From Welwitschia mirabilis (lineage: Eukaryota), in NCBI GenBank assembly GCA_051453625.1, contig JBOZIK010000001.1:28322032-28386031 (forward strand): a stretch of DNA of 64,000 nt, given 5' to 3'. Under the pieces are notes generated by a model that ran no database searches, had not been told where the DNA came from, and saw only the letters and a list, made by a program, of their open reading frames with translations. The stretch's first letter is position 1. Each line of letters opens with the position of its first letter. Both the position numbers and the translations under genes were made by a program. This document shows positions 1-14,175 of the stretch, piece after piece.

Positions 1-3000
1 ACAAGGAATCTTTAGGAACTACCTTTAATACAAATATAAAAGTCTATACCATTTTAAACCCTAAGATCCTTCTAACATTAGAAAAACCTTTGGAGATTAT
101 CTTTGATTTCTAAAATCTGCAAATAGATCAATATTTTAAAACATTAAGTTTGAAAATCCTTATTATAAATAAAAATAATTTGATTTGATGCCTTTCATTA
201 TTACTTATTATCCTTGTATCTTCATCACCTTATCAATCTCATTCATCTTCTAATCTTTATCCATCTGATTAATAATAACATTCTTTATCTAATTCCTTGT
301 AAAAATCCCTAAGTACATGCTTGAAAATCTAAACTCAAGCTATTTATAATCATGAATAAAATATTAAGTAATATTTTTCCTTCTTAAGAAATATTAAAAA
401 AGGCCCAAATCCACACCTAACGTTTCCAATAAATTCTCTCTTCTTTAAACCATAGTGAACTTGAAAATCAACTTAACTTATTCAAACCTAATGTACGAAA
501 TCTTAGAAACCTTAAAAGTGTAGATTTTAATCAATCAATAAACTTGTTATCACTCTAGTTTATCCACATACCTATATCAACTTATAGACACCTATCACTT
601 AACTGTAATGACATAAGTTATAAGGAAGATTAAAATAATATTTAAAAGAATAAATTAACCAATATTTTATTAATTGAAATGCTCCAAATCTTGTTACAAA
701 GTAATAGCTCCTTAATGAAGGAGGCATAACCCAATATTAAGGACATCCTTCTCTATAACTAGTGGATGGATCCATTACTTAGTTTCTCTCCAAGCATCAC
801 AAGAATAATCGATACAAATGGGGTAAGTAAATGAGGAAACTAAGAGGGTTATTTATAATATTTAGGATAACTATTAGGATTATAAAACAATCATAAATAA
901 TTAAGGTTAATCATAATAATGATTACATAATTATGGGATTTGTTTTGTATTCTTCATATCTTCTACATACCTTCTTCTTTTCCAAACGATCAGGTAGATG
1001 ACCATTCATCATTTATCTTTTCATGAATTATTTTCTTCCATGTGCCTTTTTGGTGAATTTTGGATTTTCATCTTCCATGTCCATTGATCTTCTTAGTGTG
1101 ATATCTTCTTTGCATAACATCCTTTTGACATGTCTTTATCAAATGCTTCATAAATATTACACTTTAATGCAAATTATTTTTAATTCTTTTTCTTTGTTCT
1201 TAATAATAAAAAATGGTTCATATAAGTAATAAACTTATAAAAAGAACCTAAAAAACACACTTCAAACATGATGCTAATTATGACCAATTTGGCTTCCAAC
1301 ATACATTAAATAGCTCAAAACAGAATTTGAATGGCTAAATTTTATTTTTAATCTTTAATAATGAAAGTTTCTAAATTAATAAACAAATATAAGAATAACT
1401 ATCTAGAGAAATTAGAGTCTAAGAAAAAGAGCTATGGTTGAAACAAGCACTGAAATTCACTAGTTATTCTTTAAGAAAAGAGAGAGAAGAACTCATGTCA
1501 AAATAAATAATTTTATTTTCATGTTTTAGAAGATTCAATATGTCTGTGCTAAAGTTTTTATGTTATAGAATAAAAGAATCCATCATCCATTAATTAAGAG
1601 AAAAAATGAAATCAAGAGATATTGAACTAGAAAAAACAAGAATAATGGAGGAATAAAAAGAGACAAGAAATAGAAAATATGCTTCCTTTAATATAGAGTC
1701 ATCAATCATGCCAAATCAAATAATGCTATGAGGTATATTAAATTTTTTACAAACATATTAGCATTAAATAAGAAAAATGCTATAAGATTTCTAATTAAAT
1801 TACAAGGAATGCATGACAAAAATGAACAAACCATGTAAACAAAACTATAAAAAAATAAGAGAGAAAAACACTTATGAATCTTAGATTTAGTCATAGCTCT
1901 TTATATTAGTATTTAATACAAATTTTTATAATATTATATGCTTTCTCCTTATCTTTTATCATTTTTTCATGTATACTTTGCCACTTATAATGTCTTGTAA
2001 ATAGATTGAAAATGGAGGAAAAGGAGATGAAAAGTAAATTATAAAATAATGTGGAAGGCTAATAATAGATAAATGCTATAAAAATTAAGAATAAAGAATA
2101 AAGAAGGCTTCTAAAGTTGAAAGAGAGTAAATGAAAGAGAAATTATGGTTATAAACTCCTTCTAAACCATGAAAATGGCATAAAATAAAGTGTATAGTAG
2201 GTATTATACCTTAATATGCCATTGGTTTCATAGATATAAAGTTTGAAATTAATGTAAGAGTCTTCATGGATGTACCAGGATCAGTTTCAAGTGAGGGAGT
2301 TTCCATAACTTGTGAATTTTATCATTTGATTTATACACTAAGAAATGTCACTACATCATCATAAATGAATAAACTAGTAACCATAAAAACTACAAAGATG
2401 TAAATTTCCTTAGTTATATTCTTTGAATCTGATATTACATGAAAACATCATATTTAACTCAAAAATAGCTAGAAATGGCTAAACTATAGCTCTTAGAATG
2501 AAAGTTCTAAAGCACTACTGTCTTGACATGCTTTAATATCATTCAAGAGGTGTTAAATGTGTCACAAGTATTACATTAGTAAGTGGATGAAGTATGATAA
2601 TGGAAAATCGACTATAAAACATCTCTAGGGCTAATAAGTTAATATAGTTTTCATGCTATCCATGTTCATCTTAATTATTGACCTTCTAATCATGATCTTC
2701 ATGAGTTATCTTTAATTGTATTAAAGGGCATCATTTTTCTTCTCATCTATTGTTTGATGCTCTTATCCCCTAAAAAGTACAAATACGCCTCTAAATAAAG
2801 TATTAAAGTTCTAAAAGTATGAAAAATTATGACTTTTAATTTGACATCTTACCAAAAATTTAGGCTTCATCACTAGCTAAAACCTAGATTTATTTACTTC
2901 TAGTAATATGTTGGTTAGAAGAATTTCACATGACTTAAAAAATAAAAATAAAACAATAATATGAGAAGAATTATTTGTTCATGATAAGTTTTGTATTTTT

Positions 3001-4616
3001 AAGTTACACTCATGAAGTATGTTTATTATCAATATATATGTATTTGTTTGTAGATCTTTATTATTTAATGAAAATTACACATAAATCACTTGTCAAAATA
3101 GTACATGCTATATTATACAATGCAATTTACATAAGTAAAACAAATGAATGATTAAATTTGGTTTTTATCATTCATATTTAAAATTAAGCTCATATTAATT
3201 TTCAATATTTTTCATGTATTTTGGTGATGTTAAGTTTTAAAAATATGTTTGCTTATCTTTCTTAGCTTCTAGGGCATTATTAAATAAGAAGGATGGAAGT
3301 TTTACGTAAGGTATTTAAGTTTTTAAAATTTATTACTATGTCATTCTATCTTTGATCTAGAGATATCTAAATAAATTAAATATGTGTGCTACTCATAAAA
3401 TTATCCTAAATTTACTAGATTCTTGAATTTTATAATTATGGAATAGTTGTAAACCTTAAAAGCTTGGTAATAAGTTTATAAAATATTTTTACTAGTCTAA
3501 GATATTAGAAATCATAGAAATAATTATTGTGAATTAATTTTATTTTAAAATGATATGGTTAAACTACTGAAGATACAAATTAATATTTTTTAAAATATTG
3601 ATCAAGGATATTTTTCAATTTATTCAAAAGTTTATTCTCTTAGCATTATCTTTATAAAATATAAAACGATTAATGGATAGATAAGAAAATAAAGAGAGAT
3701 CAGGGGCTTCCATCAAATATGTAGAAAATCCCATGAGTTAGTAGTGCAACCCTATGCTTGTCTATGAACAACCATGATGATTCTAGTGCATGTTAGAAAC
3801 TACATGGTTTTTCCATATATAAAACACTAGATCATGGATTATATTCTTTCTTTTATTTTATTCATCCTATTATATTTTGATATGATATTATTATATAATT
3901 ATATTATTTCTAATGAGATTAATTTTATTGAAACTTAGATACTTGAATAAAATTACACTTACAAAAGCAAGTATAGAATAATGCCCTTCCATGATGGATG
4001 ACACAATAAATTAAAATCAATTGATATGTCTTAATTAAAAACTTAATAATAAAATTCTAAAACATAATAGAAAATATACTATACAAGTAGTGATTTTTCC
4101 ATAGGAAAACTTTTAATAACAATGCCCTTTTTCTAACACTTTAGATAAAAGGCTATGAATTTAAGTAAATTAAACTTATTTAACATTATAGAAAATTGAG
4201 GATTTTTTGAACGAATGATATATATTAATTTAATCACTAAAAATTTAAAAAAAAGTAAAAAAGTAATGGAAAATGATAAAACATAAAGAAACCAAAACAA
4301 ATTGAATAAACTTATTCAGCATCAAAGGATTAAAGCACTAGTGTAATGGAAGAGATTAAGATCGATAACTGGTAAAGTGAGAGCATAATAAAGCACGAGA
4401 TCATGATGTACCAAAATCATGACATAGCAAAAGGATGGACTAGGGCATAATTCTATGAAATATTAAATAGAAAAGTAAAAAGTTTCTATTTTATAAGGAA
4501 TTTCTTAAAGTTTAATTTTTTCCAACCCTAATGTTTTCATAGTGATTATTAAAAAACCTATTACTAAGTAATAATTGTTATTTTTTGACTTTTTAATAAC
4601 TTTTAATAGAACTAAA

Positions 4617-5140
4617 CATCATTAAATACATATTCTAAAATCAATAACTTTTAATACTTAAGAGCTATGATTATGATACATAATCATGTGTTACATGTTA
4701 TATAATGATAAAATACCATTAAATACATGATTTGAACATAATGGATTACACTACTTGAAAGCCCTCATTAGAGTAAACAATCATGTGTCACATTTTCACT
4801 TATTAATAATGGCTATTAAAAAAACTACCTTTAGCTACATTAACTAAAATAAATTGTTTTTACTACTTAAAAACTATTATTAGGGTAAATGATCCTGTTT
4901 CATTTGTCATATATAGTAAAAAACATTATAGTTAAAAAACTACTATTAAACTCATGATTTAAAATCAATATCTCGCACTACTTAAAAGCTAAGATTAGGT
5001 AGGTGATTAGTTTTCACACATTACATTTATTAATGGTGTTTATACCTTAGAACTACCATTAAATACATGAAGTAAAATTAATGTATCTTACTATTTAAAA
5101 GTAATAATTAGCAAAGATAATCATGTGTAACATTTTACAC
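4617..5140. repeat. Degenerate tandem repeat, about 5 units of ~100-115 bp
   Basis: Recurring blocks ccattaaatacat ... ctacttaaaagct ... taatcatgtgtcacat starting near 4617, 4713, 4826, 4940 and 5053. Confidence 0.7.
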
Positions 5141-5490
5141 CAACTGTATGGAATTGCTAATATGATGGTTACTTATCACAACCATAATTAAACATTATTA
5201 TCTTTTACAAATCATCATTAAATAGATATAGAAATAACATTTAATGGAGATGTGTAAACTACTATGAATTACATTTAATAATAACCTAACAATAGTTAAC
5301 AGATAAAACCACAATAAAGGAATTCTTATCATTATGAAATTAGGTAGATTAGTTAATTAACACACTAAAATGTTTGGTATATTTTTTTATTAATATTAAT
5401 CTATTTTAATGTTAAGATAAAAGAAAACTAATGCTTATTATCACTTAAACTAATTATTAATTTTATGTCAATAGGTTAATTATTACTCAT

Positions 5491-5512
5491 TATATATATA
5501 TATATATATATA
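5491..5512. repeat. (TA)11 microsatellite
   Basis: Seen directly. Confidence 0.95.
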
Positions 5513-6399
5513 CAGGTATAATAAACAATTGACATGATTAACAAAAATTAATAATAAATATAAATAAAATAGAAGTAGAGAAAAATGATCTTTATTTGGA
5601 TGAAATAATAATAGAAAAAGTTGTTAAGCATAAAGTATTATCTTAATTTATTAGTGAAACAGAAAAAAAGGTTTCCTCCTTTTCATAAAGAACCTTTAGC
5701 ATAAGGGAAATCATCTAGAGTAAATAAGAACTATAACAATTTAGAAGTCCATAGTATGAAAAAGTTTATAGCTTGTTGTCATTTAAAGGATGACAGAAAT
5801 TTTACACAATTAAATTGCAAGGCCCACTACTTAAATCATTTTAGCTCTATTAATCCCAATGATCTAGAGCTTCTTTAGAATGTTAAAAACATAACAAATT
5901 TCTTCAATATGTACTTTTGAAAAAAATACTTTATAAGAATACTTAATTTACCTAAGTTTATTTAACTCCTTTTGTAAAGATATTCATTTACAACTAGAAT
6001 GAAATTACTTGAGGTTTTTTCTCTTTTTTTAACCTCATATTTATAGACATTTGGAGAAATTGAACCCACAATCATAAATGAATGGAAACACTACTCTACT
6101 ATCAAGGTATCTTTGAAGATACTCCTTAAGGTATTTAAGGTATTATAGGATTTTCAATCATGCCTTCAAATCATGAAGAGTTCTTAAAAGTTCTTTCTTA
6201 GATACATTTCACTGTATTAAAGTATTAAAGGAGTTAAAAGAACAATTCTTAAAAATTAAATAAAATGAAAATAAGAGATTTAATGATTTTATGCATACGT
6301 ATAATGTATTATAGGATAAGTCTCTCAACCATGTCTACTTGAGAAAGAGGTATAGCTTGACATCAAATGAGTTGGATTTATTATGTAGAGGAAGCATAA

Positions 6400-9300
6400 A
6401 AACTAAGATACTATTAAAAATAGGTAAGACAATTTCTTAGTTATATAATATCAGTTAGGAATGGGAGTAGATAATGTGAAAAGGAGTAAGGTAAATGATG
6501 TATTAGTAAAAGAAATAAAATGAACTATGTATAGGTCTAAATACATTAGTCCTATAGAATGATTAGTTTAAAAGAAAACTAGTATAATGATAAAAAACTT
6601 TGATACATTAACCATATGACATTTTAAAGAATAATAGGTACCGACCTATAAGCACTATGGAAAAGATGATCAATAGGATATAGAGTACCATTTAACACAA
6701 GAATTTGTTCAATGACTAGATATAAACAAGTTGAATTTGAACTCAAAAATATAACTCTATTATTAAAAAAAAAAAATCATACCCTTCCTAAAATAAAAAG
6801 TGAAAAGGTAAACTAGAAAAATCTTATAAAAATATATATCCTCTAAGAGACAACAATAATATGAATACTATATAGATTCAATAAATAAGGATAAAAAATT
6901 ATATGGATAAATAAGAAGTAGAAAAGAAGAAGGAAATTATCTACTTAAGCTTAATTAAACTTTAAGAAAGGAACTAGTGAAGCAATGTATGCCATATTAG
7001 ACAAACCTATGATCACAAATTTAACTTCTAATAGCTTAATCAACATATTCATGGAAGAGGAAACAAATGTAGAAAATTAGATAATGATCAGAAAAAAATA
7101 AGAACCCCTATCCTTTCTAATGAAAAATGAAAAATCAAGCATACTAAGATTGAGAAATAATTAGAACACTTAGCCAAATAACTATGAGTTACATAAGTTT
7201 TGTTACCTCTTATAATAATTTTCAAAGGTATTTCTATGTATGAAAAAAAAGTAAAAAATATGTTTTAAAAACAAAGGAGTAAAAATAAATTTAGAAAAAT
7301 ATAGATATAGATTATTAAAAGAGGTAAAATTTATTAGGCCTCTACATAAGTTTTCTACAATAAATTACATGAAAAATATAATAAGATAGAAATCCATATG
7401 ATAGATATAAACGTTTGACAGTAAACTAAAAATTCAATATTTTGTAAATTTAGGAAAGAGTATGAATGTTATGAATTATGAAGCCTATGAGAAACTTGAA
7501 AAAATATAACTAACACCTAATCAAGAAATAGTTTATTTAGTAGATGGGTTAGTAGTAAGACCTTAAATACTATTAAAAGATATAATTATTAAAATTAAAG
7601 TATTCATCTATTTAATTAATTTAATAGTAATGAAAACCTAAGCAGATATATAACTATTATTGTAGGAAGGTCATAACTGACTAATACTAATTCCACAATG
7701 TAATCTAGAAAAGGGGCAATGACAAATAGTTTAAATGAAGCAAATAGAAAATTAAATTATCTAATGCTACTTTCAAAGAAGAAATAGTACCCTATACAAA
7801 GATAAAAAAATATTATCTTAACTCAAGAATGACATAAAAAATTAAAATAATAAAATTAATAAAACTATAAGGAGGATAAATTAACATCTTAAGAAGTAAA
7901 TAAGCCTCCACTTAAAGAAGGATTAGAATGTATAGAAGTGGTATCCAATAAACCTTTGGTTATAAATAGTAAGTTAAATTATTCCTAGGAAAAAAAAATC
8001 TTAAAGAATTTTGATTAAGAGAAAAGCAGTCTTTTCTTAGGATTAAACTAACATAAAAGGAATAGATTTAGAAATTTACTAACATAATGTCTATTTAGAT
8101 ACTTAAGTTAAGTCATGTAGATATCTTGAGAGAAGGTGTAACCTCAAATGCAAGGCATTAATAAATAAGTTATCAATAAACTCTTAGATATAGGATTTGT
8201 TTATTTTATACCATACTTAGAATGGGTTAATTATATTATATTGGTAATGAATTACTCTTACTATAATGGAACCTAAAAAGGGTAATAAATGGAGAGTCTA
8301 TATTAATTTTAAGATGTTAAATGCAACTTTATCTTTTTTTAATTAATTTATAGGCAGGTTATGTAAGCACTAGAATTGTAGTTTTTTATATGGATATATT
8401 GATTATAACCAAGTTCCTATAGCTTTAAATGACTAAGATAAAAATAATATCTTCCTATTATTAAAGCATTTATGTTTTAAAAGTTTTAAAATTTAGTTAA
8501 TGAATTGATAAGAGACTAATAATAAGTATTCTTAATACATATTTGGTAGATCATTAGAAGTTTTTATGGATTAATTCTCAATGTTTGGGAATAATTGATG
8601 GATTACTAAGTAGGTTGAAAAAAGTAATGCAAAGATGTGAAGAGAAAATATTAAAACTAAAATAGTCTAAAAGTTATCTTATCATAATAAAAGGGATAAT
8701 ATTAGGGTAAAAAATCTTTTAAAACATTATAGAAACTAATGAGTAAAAGGTTAGGTCTATAAAGAAAACACCCCCACCTACTAAAATTAAAGAACTAAGA
8801 AATTTTCTAGGACATGTAAGTTACTATAGGAGATTTATAGCAAACATTAGCAAATTTTCCAAACATTTAATCCTTTCATAAAATGTTGTAAAATTTTATT
8901 GTACATTTAAAAGAAAAGAAGCATTTCAAATTTTGAAAAAAAAAAAGTTGATAGAGGAACTGATTCTATAAGGTCCTAATTGGCCAAAAAATTTGCACAT
9001 AATAATTAATGCATATAATTATTCTTTAAGAGAAATTACACAAAAATGATGATTAAAATAAATCTTATGATATTACTTAGATAAGCAAAAAATTTAGAGT
9101 TATCTTAATAAAATTATATAGTAACTAAATAAGAAATGTTAACAATAGTGCCAACATTGGAAAAATTTATTCATTAATTATTAGAATATGAAATGATAAT
9201 ACACACTCATCATGATTCCATCATATTACTTGTAAATGAGGGAAAAAATTCTAAATTCATGATGTGGCTATTATTAATGGAAAAATATAATTTAAAAATT

Positions 9301-10030
9301 ATAAATAGAAAGGGTATTAAAAAGGTAGTCATAGATAATTTGTCAATATTACAATTCCATTATGTACATAAGTAGGTAGATGAAGGAATGAATTTCCTAA
9401 TGAACAAATTTTAAGAATTCAATGAGTTCCCTAGTTTACTAAAATATTTTATTTCATAGTAAGTTAAAAAACAACTTCTTACTTACATTACTATAAAACA
9501 AAAATATTACTAAGAGAAGTTAGGGATTACATATGACATGGTAGAACTTTTTTAAAAATGTTAAATATCATATCATAAGAAGATGTTTGAAAGACAGATT
9601 ACAAAAGAAAATATTAAATGAATCTCATAAAATGGATTATGAGGAATCCTATGGAGCAAAAAGGACAAGAGTTAAGATTTTAAACATCAGATATTACTAT
9701 TCAATTATATTTAAAGACACACAGCTCTATGTTAAAAGTTATGATAATTATGAAAAAGACGAAAAATTTTTCAAAATTTAGAATTGCCTTAAAAATGAAC
9801 TTAGACTTCAAAATAATTGATCTCTAAGATTAAGATTTTATGGGATCTATTAATTTCAATTTAGATACTAAAAACTATATGTTATTATATGTTTATTATT
9901 TAACTAAGTGGGTTGAGGCTAAAGTATTATTTCACTATTCCTCCCAAACTATTATGAATTCATTTCTTAATGATATCAGTTATTGGCTTACTACTTCTAA
10001 AAGTTTTATTTCAAAGTAATAAACTTACTT
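6400..10030 (+). mobile_element. Heavily decayed Ty3/gypsy (Athila-like) gag-pol relic, PR-RT-RH-INT order
   Basis: Manual translation: protease-like FVNLGKSMNVM (~7440), RT WRVYINFKMLNAT (~8290), LEVFMD*FSMFG (~8555; Athila EVFMDDFSVFG), FLGHVSYYRRFI (~8805), RNase H-like ORF 9193-9375, integrase DFMG (~9835) and LTKWVEA (~9900). Many stops; LTRs not identified; start approximate. Confidence 0.85.
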
Positions 10031-10599
10031 CACTAGGATATGATTTATTCTCAACTTTAAACTAGTAGTTCAATATGATTAATATAGTAAAATGGGTACC
10101 AAAACTTGGGAACAGTTTTATTATTAAAAGTTTATCAAGGGAGGTTCAAGTTTGAAAGGTTTCTTTAACTTTCATCTTATTACCAGCTATTCACAATTTT
10201 TTTCATATTTAAATTTGATTTAAAAAATAATAATGCTTAATCTCATATATCCCCTTAGAAATCCCATTTAACATTCTTTCTAATTACTCATTAAAATTAA
10301 TTCTAAAATATACTCATCCATATATTATATCTATTTTAACCTACCTCTCAAAGATCCCTTTGAATTCTTAAGGTTATTTTAAATTTTTAGCCTTGTTTAC
10401 AAGTCATTTCATACATGTTAAAGACCCCTTTCATTTTTTCACAATCTTGTTCAACCATATTTCCTTTCTAATTTGAAGTCTTCTTTGATTTTTAAAGTCA
10501 AGTTTGATCTTTTACATATCTCTTTGACTATACAACATCCTTTTGATTACTTTTAAATTCAATCATTCCACATATCCACCTTATCTACATTTGATTTAG

Positions 10600-13500
10600 T
10601 AGTCATACACCCTTATAAAAGCTCCTAACTAGTCATAGCATGCCACATTGATATAAGTAAGGAATAACATAAATGAAGAAAAGTATAGCATTTCTACAAA
10701 ATCAACAAAATTTCAACCAAGTTCACTGATTTTTTAGATAAGATTTAATGTAAATTAAGCTATTTTATTGAAGTATGTTCATGATAATAGTTCCATTGTG
10801 AAATTGTAATAAATTATTATAGAGTAGACTTAAGGTTAGAAATTTTTTATGGTCTATTTATTTTAAACCTTAGTATCTTCTATAGTATAATGTCTTTTTC
10901 ACCTATTGTAAATTTTTTAGTTGTTTTATTATTTTCAACACATTTTGAAGTATGCATATAATAGTAGAGGGATAGTGCTCTACAAAATTTTCTTACACAT
11001 TATGAAATTTATTTTTAAACCTCATTTTACTCTACATGAATTTTTATTTTTAAAAATAAGATAATTAGAGGTTGAACAAAAAAGATTTTATGAGCATCAG
11101 TTCATACAAATAGAAAGTTAATCTTAAACTATAATAAATCTTAATTTTAAAAGAAAATATAAAAATTACAAGTTTTATTGTTTTAATTCTAGTTTAAAAT
11201 AGAGTCTTTCTAAATCTAGGATATATTCATACTACTGTACAATGTAGAATCATTCTTTGAGAAAATTTTAAAAAGATATTTTTAGATTCCACTATAACAA
11301 AATTTAAGAAAATAATTAAAAAGTTTGAATGGTAAAAGTAATTAGTACTAAATAATAATATAACATAAAAGTAGTTTATAAACTTTATAAAAAATTAAAT
11401 TACAAGAAGATGAGAAAATTATTAGATATAAGAACAAAAGAAAACATAATTATGTTTGATCAAGAATTCATCAAAAATATTTTAAATTTATCTAAATAAT
11501 ACATCTTAGAAATACTCCTAATATCTCAAAATAAATGTAAGAGAACTTTTTTTATCCTAGTACTTCATGATATTTTGAAGATGTTTTATGAATACTTACT
11601 GATATTTTACATAAGTTGTACTTTTATTGCTAAGTATTATAATTTCTTGATCTTAATTTCTATAATTTAGGATGTGTATGTTTCTCATGATCTTAAGAAA
11701 GATTAGATGTTTTAGAAAATCTTTTTATTTCATCAAATATCCCTTCAATTTTTAGTAGTTATTTTAATAATTTAAAAAATTTAATAATATAGTTGGTATA
11801 ATTTTGAAATATCTTATGAAGAAAATGTTCAATAGTATAATTTTAATAAAATTTTCTATTTTGTAAGTCCTAAATTATACTTTTATAGTAATAAAATGAA
11901 TATTATTTTACTTATCATACCTATAAGAGATAATTAGGACATATCTTTTGGCATATTAGATATGTGTTACAATTCTTAGTCATCCTTTCCTACTAATTTC
12001 ATAAATAATTCTATTTGAATATTATTGATTTTTACTATTTTGCTATTTGATTCATGTATCTTTTAATTACTTCTTTCATGTCTCTATCTATGTTTTTAAT
12101 AAGCAAAAAGATATAAAGCTTCTTTAGAATAATTTACATGGTTTACTAGATGCTACTTGGTATCTTCTGGGTGACTTTAATATGGTTACTTCCTCTGGAG
12201 ATAAAGTAAGAAGATGTTCATTCCTTTTTAATACTTTAATTGGAATGATCTCATTATGTGATTTCATTTCTATGATTCTATGGATCTTACTAGAAGGACT
12301 TGTTCTCCTATTTTAACTTGGTCTAGTAGGTAGATGAGAAATAATCTAATGCTTAAATGTTTAAATATGATTTATATTTTTCATAATAATCATTTTTAGT
12401 TTAGTGATATTGATACTTATTTTATGCATAGCATTTTCTCTACAAATGTTTTAGATCATTTTTTCATTTACAACCTCGAGTTTCATTATTAATACTAAAT
12501 TTTTTTATTATAACTTCATAAATTCTATGATTCATTGCCTCTAATCCATGGCTAACATGATAAATAGTGGTATGGATTGACACTCTTAGTGAAGAGAGAC
12601 TTATTATTGTACTTTAATTTTAATGCAATAATTTGGTAAATTGGTAGTCGATCATTTCAAACAAGAGGCTCTTACTTATTCTAAGAAATATAAATCCATC
12701 ATTTTAGCTCTAGAAAGGTACCATTTTAATGTTGATCTTCAAGATGTTAATCTAAATGTATCAACTATAACTCAATACATGAAACCTCAATAGGCTTATG
12801 CTTATTGATTTCATTCTCAATTTCATTAACATAGTAATAGTTATCTAAATCATTTTTTATGATTCTAAAATTTGATCTATATATTTCTAATACTATTTTT
12901 GACGTTTAATTTAATGAATAAAAATTCATAGACCCTTTAGACATTGAAAATATCTTTTCTTATGAATTTTGAAACTTTTTAATTGTGAGCCTTATTTTAA
13001 TAAATAAATTTATTTTTGGGAAGATCTTATAGATTTTATATCTAGTCTTATACTAGATAATATTATCTTCCTTCTTGATCATCTTCTCTCCTTTAAGGAA
13101 ATTACTATTGCTATGAAGGAAATGAAAGATGATAAGGCTCTTATTCCTAATGGTCTTTTAGTTTAGTTTTATAAGCATTTATGGGATGTGATTATGGCTT
13201 ATTTTTGTGAAGTCTATAAAGAATATTTACCCTCTATTTCTATTAGTAGATTTATTAGTAATGGTTTGATCAAGTTTATCCCAAAAGATAAGGATGACTA
13301 TCAAATTAAATATTGACATCTAATTATGCTACTAAATACTTCATATAAGATTATTACTAAAGTCTTAACTAAAAGTTTGAATAAGTAAGTTATTTCTAAG
13401 GTTATCCATCCATATCAAACTTTCTTGATCAAAGGTCATTATAATTTAATGAGTATAATTAGTCTTGATAAATCTTAGGAGTGGGAATTTAAATCTAGTT

Positions 13501-13748
13501 AAGATTTTATTTTTTTAAAGATTGATTTCTCTAAAGCCTATGATGGAATTTCTTAGAATTTCATTTTAAATATTCTCCAAAAAATTAGCTTTAGACATGG
13601 ATTTTAACAACACATTATGATTCTCTTCTCTGATGCCTTTACTAGGGTTTATGTTAATGGTCTATCTGTGCTCCTTTTTTACTTAAAATATTAGTATTTT
13701 ATGGTTTTTCCTTAGCTCCTTACTTGCTCATCATTATTCTGATGCTTT
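10600..13748 (+). mobile_element. L1-clade LINE relic, 5' part (probable ORF1 remnant, APE endonuclease, N-terminal RT)
   Basis: WYLLGDFNMV (~12160), IMLLNTSYKIITKVL (~13325), FLKIDFSKAYDGI (~13512), VYVNG and PLAPYLL (~13650-13730). Start approximate. Confidence 0.85.
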
Positions 13749-14175
13749 CTATTGGGTATGCACTCCTTATGCCTAGCTCAACATATGGGTAAATATAAAG
13801 GGCTTTAGCTTCTATCTAGGTTATTACTTTTGGTGTAATGGTAAATGGCCTAATAATTGGTATTAAATCCATGGTTTATTGGTTGGTCTTAGTTTTAAGT
13901 CTTCCTAGTAGCTTCTTAATTTATGTAAGCACTTGGCATGTGGATCAAGGGGAAGACTATTAAATATATACTCCTCATGCTTAGCCTCACAAATGGGAAA
14001 ATATAAAGGGATTTAATTTCCACTTAGATCATGGCTTTTGTTGTGATAATAAAGGGCCTAAGAATTAGTATTAGAGCTATCATTATTGGCTTATTTTACA
14101 TTAGAGTCTTTCTTGCAAATTCCATGTTCATATGAGCATTTGATATGAGGATCAAGGGGGAGATCATTGGATATG
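13748..14175. repeat. ~208-bp tandem repeat inserted in the LINE; third unit split by element A and resuming at 31421-31515
   Basis: ctcc(t/c)atgc.tagc at 13763, 13971 and ~31423; ggatcaagggg at 13942 and 14149. Confidence 0.85.

Noticed and set aside
1023-1894. Short F/L/I/K-rich ORFs here and across the window (e.g. 27578, 29652, 48042, 57519, 58216, 61279)
   Set aside because: Composition reflects AT-rich or TE UTR sequence; lengths are expected by chance.
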